A DNA stretch of 64,000 nt, from contig CAWDXG010000004.1 of the NCBI GenBank assembly GCA_963806225.1, forward strand, positions 4,864,001-4,928,000. Direction: 5' to 3'. Below, piece by piece: positions 28,782 to 37,933 of this stretch (its first letter is position 1; every line of letters starts with the position of its first letter). This DNA is from an uncultured delta proteobacterium. Lineage in GTDB: Bacteria; Myxococcota_A; Polyangia; Polyangiales; Polyangiaceae. Under the pieces are notes generated by a model. The model did not search any database. It was not told the DNA's origin and worked only from the letters and a program-made list of their open reading frames with translations. The position numbers and the translations under genes were made by a program.

Positions 28782-31700
28782 ATGCGGCGTCCTTCGCTCC
28801 CTTCGCGCGCTCTCGGCCCGGCACTGACGCTGGGTGGAGCGGCGTTGATGCTGGCCGGACCCGGCTGCGGCGGGCATCGAGCGGTGGTCAAGACGCCGCG
28901 CGCGGCCGCCGCGCCGGTCTCCGCGCCGCGGCTGATCACGCCGGCGCATCTGGTCGCCGTGCCGGACAGCTCGTCGGTGAGCTACATGCAGCGCGACGAT
29001 GATGGCACGGTGCGTCTGGTCGCGCGCGGCATGCGCCTGCTCACGCATCCCGACGGTTCGATCGAGCGCGCGCACCAGCTCCTGCCGGCGGCGCAGGCGG
29101 TGCGCACGCTGGAGCTGCCCGCGCGTCTGGGTCACGGCTACGTCTTCTATGTCCACTCGTCGAACACGACGCTGGTCTGGCGCTCGAAGAGCTGGACCGG
29201 TCCGCTCCAGCCGCTGGCGAACATCGACTTCGACAACGCGGATGTGGTCGCCGGGTTCGACCGGCTGTATCTGGTCGATCGCCTGAGCCGGAACGTTCTC
29301 GCGATCGACGCTGCCAGCGGCAAGGTGACCGACCCGGGCGCCCTGCCCGTTTCCCCCGGCTACGGCAGCATTGCCATCGCCGATGCCTGGACCGGTGCGG
29401 TCCAGGTGCCCTTCCGCGGCGTGCTGGCGACGTTCGACGCGGGCGCGAGCTGGCATCCGGTCACGTCGCAGACGACCTACGGCCTCAAGCTCGATCACGG
29501 GCGCATCTCCGTCCGCCTGAGCAGTGGGAGCTACCTGCTGGATCCCTCGGGCGTGCTGAGGAAGCACGAGCAGGGCAGCGAGTCCGTGTTCCGGGGCGCG
29601 GGGCAGGGTGCCTCGGACGTGAACTGGGTGGGTGGGGACCAGGACGCTGCCGAGCCGACGGTGCCGCCCCCGCCGGGGCCGCTGGGACGGCATCCGCTCG
29701 ACGTGGCCGTGCTCCGGGGTTTTCCCGACACCGACAAGAGCGCCGTGGTGGCGGCGAACGGAGCCGTGGGCCGCGTGCGTCTGTCCGACGGCGAGCTGCT
29801 GGACGTGGACGAGGATGCATTTCCACACGGAAGCAGCTGCGACCCGATTCGAGCTTTCGCACTCGTTCGGATTCGTGTGCGGGCAGAATCGCGGCAACAC
29901 CGTGGTGTATGCGTTCAAACCACCGCTGTCGCTCGAGCCCGTGCTGTCGTTCGAAGAGCCGCGCTACGTTGCGGCGAGCGGGAACGGCGCGCTCGTGATT
30001 CGCGGCGCCTGCAGCGGGCGCGCACGTGACAATCCGGGCGCGTACTGCATCCGCTCGCGTGACGGCGCGCTCAGCGAGATCCACGTCAAGGGCGATCTGG
30101 GTGTCGAGCGCGTGGTGGCGCTTTCCGATGGTCGCGCGGCGGTGATCGTTCCGCCCCGGCTCGGCGCTCCCGGCCTGCTGGTCCTGATCAGCCGCGACGG
30201 CAAGGCGAAGAGCGTGAAGATGCGTCTGCCCGACAAGGCGGACAAGCCCATTCTCGCGCTGCTCACCAAGGGGCTCTGGCTCGACGGGTTCGTCGAGCGC
30301 AAGCCGGGCGAGCTCGCTGGCTGGGTGGCCGCGGGCGGGCCGTTCATCGGCGTGCGGCTGCACCTCGACGGCAAGCTCGAAGTGGGCAAGCTGGAGAACG
30401 ACATCGATCGCAGTCTGCTGTCGGGGCAGCTCGCACTGTCCCTCGGCAGTTCCGGGCTTGCTGCCGAGAGCACCGACGGCGGCTTCCAGTGGCGGGAGGT
30501 CGAGCTGCCGGCGGACGCGACGAGCTCCTCGGCTTCCGCAGCGCGCGACGACGGCCCGCGCGGTTGCTCGCGCGTGGGGTGTGCGTTCGGCTCCTGGCTG
30601 CGCGTCGGCTGGCGCGGTACGAGCAACCAGAAGTCGAAGCTCGACAGCGCCGTGCCGCCTCCCCAGACGGTGCTGCCGCCGAGCGGAGGCGGCCGGTGGC
30701 TGCTCAGCTGCGCGGCGACCGGCGAGCAGCGCGGCGAGCGGCTCACGCCGCGACCCCGCACTCCGACGCGGCATCGGCACTACGCGACGCCGCCGCGCTA
30801 CGGCGCGCTGCCGAGCCCCGACGAGCTCGAGAGCACCGACTGGAAGTCGTTCCTCGGCGAGAAGCCGCCTTCGAAGCGCCCGGAGCAGGTCGGTTTCGAC
30901 ACCGGGACGGAATACGCCACCGTCAAGGTGCACGGCTACGTCTGGGGAGCGCGCGGCGCGAGCTGGGATCGCGTCGGGCATTTCCTGTTGCGTGCCGCCG
31001 ATCGCTTCAGCGTCGACCATGCCATCTGGTCCACCGCGCTCAGCCGCAGCCCCTGGAACGACGTGTCGCAGGCTGCGCTTGCCTTCGGGCTCGGCTCCTA
31101 CGGCGGCTCCTCCAACTGGGCCCCCATGCTCGATCCGTCCGGCAGGGCGGGCGCGCTGCTCATCGCCGCACAGGGCACTGTGAACCTGTTCTTGTTCGAC
31201 GAAGGGCGTTCGATCGTCAAGGTCGGGGACGTAATGAAGTACGGCCTCACGCGCCTTGCCGGCGCCGTCAAGCTGGGCAGCACCTGGTACGTCGGCTCCA
31301 GCTACGGCTCTAGCGAGTTCCGCGTGTTCCGTATCGAGGGCAGCCGGATATCGGTTGTCGGTCGCTATCCCCTGCGCCTCGGCTCGCGCTCCGGGACGGT
31401 GCTGAGCCGGCTCGTGCGTAGCGCTCGCGGCGACGCAATCGGCATTTTTGCGCAGGCGCGCAAGCTCAGAGGCGCGTCGACCAGCTTCTATGTCTTCCCG
31501 ATCGATCCCGGGACCTACCAGGCCGGCGCCCCGCTTGAGCTCAGCCCCTCGGAGCTCGCGTCGGCGCCTCCCTGCGGCGACGATGACGACGACGGCTGGT
31601 TGATTGAAGGCGCGCCACCGGTGTCCCCGTACATGGACTTCGTCGGGGGCGCCGATGCCCTGCGCGTGCAACACGTGGCGATGCGCGTCGTGGCCAGGGC

Positions 31701-31872
31701 GGGCGGAGTCTGTATCGCTGCGCTCGCCGCCGACGCCGACTCGCAGGTCCCGCCGCACCTCGCGCCGCCGTCGGGCGGCATCGCCGGATGGTCGGCGGGA
31801 CGGCGCACCGTCACGCTCGCAGTGACGGGGCGCGGCGGTGGCGCGCGTTGGGGCTTCCGCTGCATGCGGTAG
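28782..31872 (+). CDS. Large secreted/lipoprotein with beta-propeller-like Asp-box motifs (~1029 aa), split by a 1-nt frameshift near 29848
   Basis: ORF 28782..30029 looks protein-like up to GSSCDPI and ORF 29632..31872 from ELSHSFGFVCG; Asp-boxes TFDAGASW and STDGGFQW. Confidence 0.7.
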
Positions 31873-32112
31873 CGCGACGGCGCCGGCCAATGGGGGCTCA
31901 ACGGTTTGCTCGGTAGGCCTACGGACACAATGGCCTACGACCGGGCTCGCTGTGATCCCGGACGGGGGCAGCCCGTGCGGCGGCCTTCCAGGCGATGACG
32001 CCTCATGAGGTTAGCGATGTGAAGCTTTCAAAGATGAAATGATCGCCTTCTTGTGTGCACGGTCCGGGTGATGCGTCGGCGTCCTCGAGGCCCTGTAATC
32101 TCCGGCGTTCAT

Positions 32113-32141
32113 TTGCAATTTCGCACGCGCGCTGCTACCTC
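32113..32141 (+). promoter_or_regulatory. Candidate sigma70-type promoter for the small RNA
   Basis: TTGCAA (32113-18), 17-nt spacer ending in TGC, TACCTC (32136-41); predicted +1 near 32148. Confidence 0.45.
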
Positions 32142-32147
32142 AATCGC

Positions 32148-32203
32148 GTCCGCGTGGAGCGAGGCTGTCCCCCCCCCGGCCCCTCTGCGCGGACACTTTT
32201 TTT
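32148..32203 (+). ncRNA. Candidate ~56-nt single-hairpin small RNA with a C9 loop and U7 tail
   Basis: Stem gtccgcgtggag (32148-59) pairs with ctctgcgcggac (32183-94); loop GUCCCCCCCCC; T7 at 32197-203; lies in a 516-bp intergenic gap. Confidence 0.5.
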
Positions 32204-32388
32204 GTCCGCACGACGTCACGGGACGGCGGCGCGGGGAGCGTTCCGGGTGGGATGGCGCGCTGCGGCGTAATCGCTCGAGCGCGGGGATCCATGGCTGGGA
32301 GGGCCGGAAGCATCGGGTTGCCGCTCTCTGCTGTGACAGCGACCGCGAGAACCGGTAACCTTCTCGCTCGGCTTTCCAGGAGATCAGT

Positions 32389-35253
32389 TTGCGCTTTTCC
32401 AGACGCTCGGGGCTCTACTCGTTTCTCGGTCTCGGTCTCGTCGGCGTCCTGGCGGCGCTTGCGAGCTGCTCGTCCAGCAAGGTGCCGGAGCAGAACAACC
32501 CGGTACCGGGTCCGGGGGAACAGTGCGTTGCTCTAGACCAGCAGCCGCCCGTCCAGATCCACATCCATCCCGCGTTCGTCGCGGTGGCGCCGGGCAAGGA
32601 GCGCGAGGTCGACGTCCAGGTCGAGCCAGACTTCTGCAAGCCGGCGAAGCTCACGTTCTCGGTCGATAGCCCCGGTGTGGTCGCAGCGCCGAAGGCCCAG
32701 CGGATCGACCTCGTCACGCCCGGGGCCAAGATCGTGTTGAAGGGGCTCAAGGCCGGCAAGGCGACGCTCACCGCGAGCATCCCGAGCGGCGACGGAACCG
32801 ACTCGACGGCCACGTTGCCCATCGAGGTAACGAGCGCGGACATCCCGGCCTGTTCGGGAAGCGGCTCGGGCAAGCTCGACGACGGCGTCACGGTGAGAGG
32901 CACCGGCGGTCTCGTCGGCGCGTCCATCGGTCTGCAGAAGGGTGCGACCAAGCCGAACTCGGGCAGCTTCCTCTGGCACGTCGATCCGTTCGACGTGACC
33001 CTTGCGTGCGCCAAGGACCAGGTGCCGAAGGGCTTCACCCGGCTCGGGCCGGCGGTGACGTTCGCGCCCGCCGACATGGAGCTGAAGCGGGAGATCCCGT
33101 TCACGCTGCCGGTGGACCTGGCCGCCATGCCGCCGAAGGCGCGGCTCCGGCACGTCACCGTGTCGTACTCCGGTCCTCACGCGAAGGCGCCGCGCGCCAT
33201 CCCGATCGCGGACCCGCGCTTCGTCCACGACGAGCACGGCTACCAGCTGTACTTCATGGCGCCGTGGCTCGGGACGTACCAGGCCATCGTCAAGAGCGAC
33301 GCGGGCACGGTGACGTTCAAGCGCCACCTCACGCATCGCGCGCTTATCGGCGTGTCCATGGGCGGCGGCGGATCCGCAATGGACGGCCTGCGCAACCACC
33401 AGAAGTTCGACGTGGTCGCTCCGCTCGGTGGTCCCGTCGACTGGACCTGGATGCTCGGTTACATCGAGCGCAACCACATGGGGGGCTTCCTGCCGAACGA
33501 CGGCACGAACGTGCCGACCCAGCTCGCGCCGATGCCGGCCGCGCCGCTTCCCTACGAGCACCCCTGCACCTTCGACCAGTGGTGGTACGAGTACCCGAAG
33601 AATGGCAACGGCGGCAGCTTCCCGCGCTCGGAGTACGTGCAGATCTTCCGGGACCTCGCGCTCATGTTCGGCAACCCGAACAGCTACAACCCGGCGCCGA
33701 ACGCCGAGAACCTGCCGGCGGGCGTGCCGCCCACAGACAAGTCGGTCGTGGGCGATCATCCGGGCAACGAATGCGCGGTGTACGTCGACCCGATCAGCGG
33801 CGACCCGAACGAGGCAAAGCAGCAGGAGCTTGCCAAGGACTGCCCCGTCGAGCGCTGCAAGCACACGCTCGTCCTGCACAACTACTACGACGACGAGTTC
33901 AATCCGAAGGGCACCTTCCCGGTCATCACGGTGTGCGACGGCTCGCCGCAGGATCCGTCGCTGACGCCTTATGCGAACACGTGGAGCCCGACGGGCGATG
34001 ACAGCCCGCTCGAGCTGGCGCTGGCGGTCGACTACAACAACAACGGCGTCCGCGACCAGAACGAGCCCCTCATCCGCGACGGTCATGAGCCCTTCGACGA
34101 CGTAGGCATCGACGGCAAGGCCGACAAGGACGAGCCCGGCTACAAGGCGGGCGTCAACGACGACCCGGACGGAGACGACTACAACCCGCAGTACAACCCG
34201 TCCGGCACCGAGGGCAACTGGCGCTACGACAAGGGCGAACCGTTCAAGGACTACGGGCTCGACGGCGTTCCGAACACCAAGCAGAGCCCCTACGACTACG
34301 GTGAGGGCAACGGCAAGTTCGACATGTCGCCGGGGTACGCGACATTCCTGAAGCGCGATTCACGCAGCATCCTCGAGCAGCTGCCGATCGCGAACCAGAA
34401 GGAGCCGCTGGACGATGCGGCGCTCCAGCGCCTCGATGTGTGGAGCGACGGCGGGACGCGCGATCTCTTCAACTTTGCCGTGGATGCGCAGGCGCTGGCG
34501 GGCTCGCTCGCGGAGCGCGGGCGTATCGTGCACTACTACACGTCCTGGGATCGCATCCCGGGTCAGCTCTGGGGCACTCCGAACCAGTTCCAGGCGGGGC
34601 TTACCGACTGGGGTGCCGTGCCGGGTGCCGTGCTGCTCCGCTACGGCAAGATCGATCCAACGCCGGCCGACATCGAGTCCGGCACCGGTCAGCACGTCGG
34701 GACCGCCGACGACATCGCGCGGCGGCTACAGGAGGCGCTCTACTACATCGGCTCACGCTGGCCCGACGCGCCGCGAACGCTGGACGAGACGTCCGCGCAG
34801 AATCCGGACCCGAACGCACCGACCTGCGAGGTGCAGCTCAGCTGCAAGTTCAACTTCACCGACTCGCGCGGGCGCACGGGGCCGGTCGGCGTGAACCTGC
34901 CGCCGGGCTACGCGAACGAGGCGAACAAGGACAAGCGCTACCCCGTCGTCTACGTGATGCACGGCTACGGCCAGACGCCGGAGGATCTGACGGCGTTCAT
35001 CGCGTTCATCGGCAACTGGATGAACAGCCCGCTGGATTCGACGGAGATGCGCCTGCCCAAGGCGATCATGGTCTACGTCGACGGTCGCTGCCGCCCCGGC
35101 AAGGACGAAGCCGAGTGCATCCGCGGCACGTTCTTCACCGACAGCGTGCGCAAGAACGGCCCCAAGATGGAAGGGTGGTTCGACGACCTGATGGCCGAGA
35201 TCGACAAGCGCTACCGGACCATGGGCCCGAGCGACATCGACTGGACCGAGTAG
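32389..35253 (+). CDS. Large lipoprotein: Ig/ZU5-like N-terminal domains plus an apparently circularly permuted alpha/beta-hydrolase (esterase) with an acidic insertion
   Basis: AGGAG before TTG; lipobox LASC; RALIGVSMGG; GGTRDLF; GQHVG; C-terminal LPPGY...YPVVYVMHGYG. Confidence 0.8.
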   Translation: MRFSRRSGLYSFLGLGLVGVLAALASCSSSKVPEQNNPVPGPGEQCVALDQQPPVQIHIHPAFVAVAPGKEREVDVQVEPDFCKPAKLTFSVDSPGVVAAPKAQRIDLVTPGAKIVLKGLKAGKATLTASIPSGDGTDSTATLPIEVTSADIPACSGSGSGKLDDGVTVRGTGGLVGASIGLQKGATKPNSGSFLWHVDPFDVTLACAKDQVPKGFTRLGPAVTFAPADMELKREIPFTLPVDLAAMPPKARLRHVTVSYSGPHAKAPRAIPIADPRFVHDEHGYQLYFMAPWLGTYQAIVKSDAGTVTFKRHLTHRALIGVSMGGGGSAMDGLRNHQKFDVVAPLGGPVDWTWMLGYIERNHMGGFLPNDGTNVPTQLAPMPAAPLPYEHPCTFDQWWYEYPKNGNGGSFPRSEYVQIFRDLALMFGNPNSYNPAPNAENLPAGVPPTDKSVVGDHPGNECAVYVDPISGDPNEAKQQELAKDCPVERCKHTLVLHNYYDDEFNPKGTFPVITVCDGSPQDPSLTPYANTWSPTGDDSPLELALAVDYNNNGVRDQNEPLIRDGHEPFDDVGIDGKADKDEPGYKAGVNDDPDGDDYNPQYNPSGTEGNWRYDKGEPFKDYGLDGVPNTKQSPYDYGEGNGKFDMSPGYATFLKRDSRSILEQLPIANQKEPLDDAALQRLDVWSDGGTRDLFNFAVDAQALAGSLAERGRIVHYYTSWDRIPGQLWGTPNQFQAGLTDWGAVPGAVLLRYGKIDPTPADIESGTGQHVGTADDIARRLQEALYYIGSRWPDAPRTLDETSAQNPDPNAPTCEVQLSCKFNFTDSRGRTGPVGVNLPPGYANEANKDKRYPVVYVMHGYGQTPEDLTAFIAFIGNWMNSPLDSTEMRLPKAIMVYVDGRCRPGKDEAECIRGTFFTDSVRKNGPKMEGWFDDLMAEIDKRYRTMGPSDIDWTE

Positions 35254-35261
35254 GTCGTCGC

Positions 35262-36302
35262 CTAGCCTGGACGACGACGCAGCGCCGCGCCCAGCGCGAT
35301 GACGAGCCCCAGCAGCGCAGGAGCAGAGCCACCTGCTGGATCCGGCGTTGCGCTGCAGCCGCTGCTCGCGCTCGCGCCGTCCGCGAAGCCGCCGGCGTAG
35401 AGCTCCTTCATCGCGCTCTGGTCGTCGCTCTGGAGCACGCGCTTGTTGAGCTGGCAGCGGCCCGTGGCGCGGTACATCGTGGCGCAGTTGTCCGTCTCGT
35501 CTTCGCCGAGCCCGAGGAAGTGCCCGACCTCGTGCGTGGCGACGCTGGCCAGGTCGTAGCGGCCACCGCACGCCACGACGTGCTCGCCGCCGCAGCTGGC
35601 GGACTGTGCGTGCTCTCCCTCGCTCTCGTGGTCGTCGTGCTGCGCTTGCTGGTCCGCGCCGGGCGGGGCGGCGTCCAGCACGCCGAAGTGATGCCGGGAG
35701 TTGATCACCAGGTCGGCTTCGAGAATGGCCCCGGTGTCCGGATCGGTGAACGTGAGGGTCAGGGCGAGGTCGTTCCGGTGCCCCGGCATGTCGATGGGCG
35801 CGTACACGACGCTGTTCTTCCCGTCGGGCTGTTCGGAGACCCGCGTGCCGTGAGCCGAGTCGAACGACAGCGCGGGGACATCGGCGCCGCTCGTGAGCCA
35901 GGTGCCGAACGCGCTCTCGACGGCCTGGCGCGCCGCGGGACCGAGCGCGTCGACCGAGTCGTCGATCGTCACCGTGACGTGGCCGTTCTGCCAGCGCTCT
36001 TCCGCGCCGTTGGGAGCGCGCTTCGGCGAGGCATGGCCGCTGATGATGACGAGCTTCGCGTGCTCGAGGCGCCCTCCCGGGTCGGTCCGGCTGATCTTCC
36101 ACAAGACGGCGCCGCCGAACGCCAGCGCCGCCACGGCCAGCCCGAGCAGCCAGAGGCGCAGGCGCGGGGGCCGCGGCGACCCGACGGAGGGAGGTTCTGG
36201 CTCCGGCGCAGGCGCCGGCTCGGTGCGGGACAGCGGCTGCAGGCTGCCGACCACCTGGGGGGGGATGCGGGGTGATCTGGAGGAAGAGGGTTGCGGGTCC
36301 AT
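35262..36302 (-). CDS. Matrixin-like zinc metalloprotease with MYXO-CTERM-type tail
   Basis: ILEADLVIN, YDLASVATHEVGHFLGLGE, Met-turn ATMY; tail SSGCSA...LLGLVIALGAALRRR. Confidence 0.8.
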   Translation of the reverse strand: MDPQPSSSRSPRIPPQVVGSLQPLSRTEPAPAPEPEPPSVGSPRPPRLRLWLLGLAVAALAFGGAVLWKISRTDPGGRLEHAKLVIISGHASPKRAPNGAEERWQNGHVTVTIDDSVDALGPAARQAVESAFGTWLTSGADVPALSFDSAHGTRVSEQPDGKNSVVYAPIDMPGHRNDLALTLTFTDPDTGAILEADLVINSRHHFGVLDAAPPGADQQAQHDDHESEGEHAQSASCGGEHVVACGGRYDLASVATHEVGHFLGLGEDETDNCATMYRATGRCQLNKRVLQSDDQSAMKELYAGGFADGASASSGCSATPDPAGGSAPALLGLVIALGAALRRRPG

Positions 36303-36369
36303 GCCGGGGGCTCGATCCCCAGTACGGCCGGATCCTGCCGGACTTTAGGCTCCGCTCGCCCGGCGCCGA

Positions 36370-37215
36370 CTAGTCCTCGGAAGGCTTCATCAGCTTCTCG
36401 GCGATCTGCTCGCCGAGCTCGGTGGCGCGATGCGTCGCGGTTTCCACGGCATCGATGAGCGTACGGCGCAGGCCGCCGGATTCCAGGGTGTGCAGCCCGG
36501 CGATGGCCGTGCCGCCCGGGCTCGTCACCATGTCCTTCAGCCGCCCCGGATGCTCGCCCGTATCGAGCAGCAGCTTGGCGGAACCGAACACCGTCTGCGC
36601 CGCCAAGAGCAACGCCGTATCGCGGTGCAGCCCGACCTTCACGCCGCCATCGGCCAGCGCCTCGATGATCAGCATGATGTAGGCCGGCCCGCTGCCGGAG
36701 AGTCCCGTGGCGGCATCGATCAGCATCTCGTCCACGGTCACCGAGCGCCCCACGGCGTCGAACAGCTTGCGCGCCGTCTGCACGTCATCGTCGGTCGCAT
36801 GCGCTCCGGGCGCTATTGCCGTCGCGCTGGCCAGGGCGATTGCCGCCGTGTTGGGCATCGCGCGCACCACGCGCACTCCCTCGGCCAACCGCGACTCGAT
36901 GGCGCGGATCGGGACGCCCGCGGCGATGGATACGACCAGCGTGTGGGGCGCGAACGCGTCGCCGACCTGATCGAGCACGCGGTCGATCACCTGCGGCTTG
37001 ACTGCCAGCACGATGAGATCCGCCCATTCGACCAGCGCGCGGTTGTCTTTCGTGGTGGCGATGCCGTGCTGTTGTTCGAGTGCCTCGAGGCGCTCCTGCC
37101 GGATGTCGCTCGCGCGGATCTGCTCGGGCGTCACCATTCCGGACGCGAGCAGGCCGCGGATCAGCGCGCCCGCCATGTTTCCGGCACCCAGCATTCCGAT
37201 ACGTCGCGATTCCAT
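36370..37215 (-). CDS. proC: Pyrroline-5-carboxylate reductase
   Basis: GAGNMA, LAVKPQ, SIAAG, RAMPNT, GLSGSGPAY, VTSPGGTAIAG. Confidence 0.96.
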   Translation of the reverse strand: MESRRIGMLGAGNMAGALIRGLLASGMVTPEQIRASDIRQERLEALEQQHGIATTKDNRALVEWADLIVLAVKPQVIDRVLDQVGDAFAPHTLVVSIAAGVPIRAIESRLAEGVRVVRAMPNTAAIALASATAIAPGAHATDDDVQTARKLFDAVGRSVTVDEMLIDAATGLSGSGPAYIMLIIEALADGGVKVGLHRDTALLLAAQTVFGSAKLLLDTGEHPGRLKDMVTSPGGTAIAGLHTLESGGLRRTLIDAVETATHRATELGEQIAEKLMKPSED

Positions 37216-37228
37216 GCTTGCTCTCCTT

Positions 37229-37933
37229 CTAGCCCCGGCCGTCGAATGGCACACCGAAGCGCACGAGGGCGCCCCGCACCTCTTCCGGCGTGGTGCAGGC
37301 TGCCACGCGCGGGGGCAGCTCGCGAGAGGGATCTGCGGGGAACCACACGGCGCGGGCGCCGACGCCGAGCGCGCCGCGCACGTCGGCTTCCCACGAGTCG
37401 CCGACGTGGACGAGCGCGCTCGGCGCGACGCCCAGGCGCTCGCAGGCCCACTCGAAGATGCGCGCGTCCGGCTTCTCGAAACCCAGCCTCCCCGAGTCGG
37501 CGACGCAGCGGAAGCGATCCGCCCAGCCGAGCTCGTCGAACAGCTCCAGGATGCGCCCTTCCGAGTTCGAGACGACGCCGACCGGCACGCCCGCCTGCTC
37601 CAGGGCATCGACCAGTTCGAGCATGCCGGCTACCGGCTTCCGCCAAAGGTTGTGCTTCGGCTGCTCCGTCCACAGCCATGCGGCAAGCTCCCTGCTCAGT
37701 GCATCCGGCAGCCCGGAGTGCGACAGCAGCGTGGTCATGAAGCCGAGCCAGGCCTCGCGACCTTCCCGGCCACTTCGCTTGGCGTCGTTGTAGGCCGTCC
37801 AGGCGGCGGGCGTTTCGCGTTCGGCGACGTGGGGGTCGAGGTGCGCGCCGCGCTCGGCGACGCGGCGCGCGAGCAGATCGTGATCCAGGTCGACCAGGGT
37901 CTGCCCCAGGTCGAAGGTGACAGCGCCGCTCAT
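37229..37933 (-). CDS. HAD-superfamily hydrolase
   Basis: FDLGQTL, VVSN, EKPDARIF, HVGDSWEADVRGA. Confidence 0.9.
   Translation of the reverse strand: MSGAVTFDLGQTLVDLDHDLLARRVAERGAHLDPHVAERETPAAWTAYNDAKRSGREGREAWLGFMTTLLSHSGLPDALSRELAAWLWTEQPKHNLWRKPVAGMLELVDALEQAGVPVGVVSNSEGRILELFDELGWADRFRCVADSGRLGFEKPDARIFEWACERLGVAPSALVHVGDSWEADVRGALGVGARAVWFPADPSRELPPRVAACTTPEEVRGALVRFGVPFDGRG

Noticed and set aside
27675..29918. 1078-aa ORF suggesting a giant ThyX fusion
   Set aside because: The upstream part overlaps asd in another frame and the + strand gene; thyX starts at 27674.
32120..32136. sigma54 promoter for the sRNA candidate (TTCGCACGCGCGCTGCT)
   Set aside because: Spacing fits, but the near-invariant GG at -24 reads CG; the sigma70-type reading is preferred.
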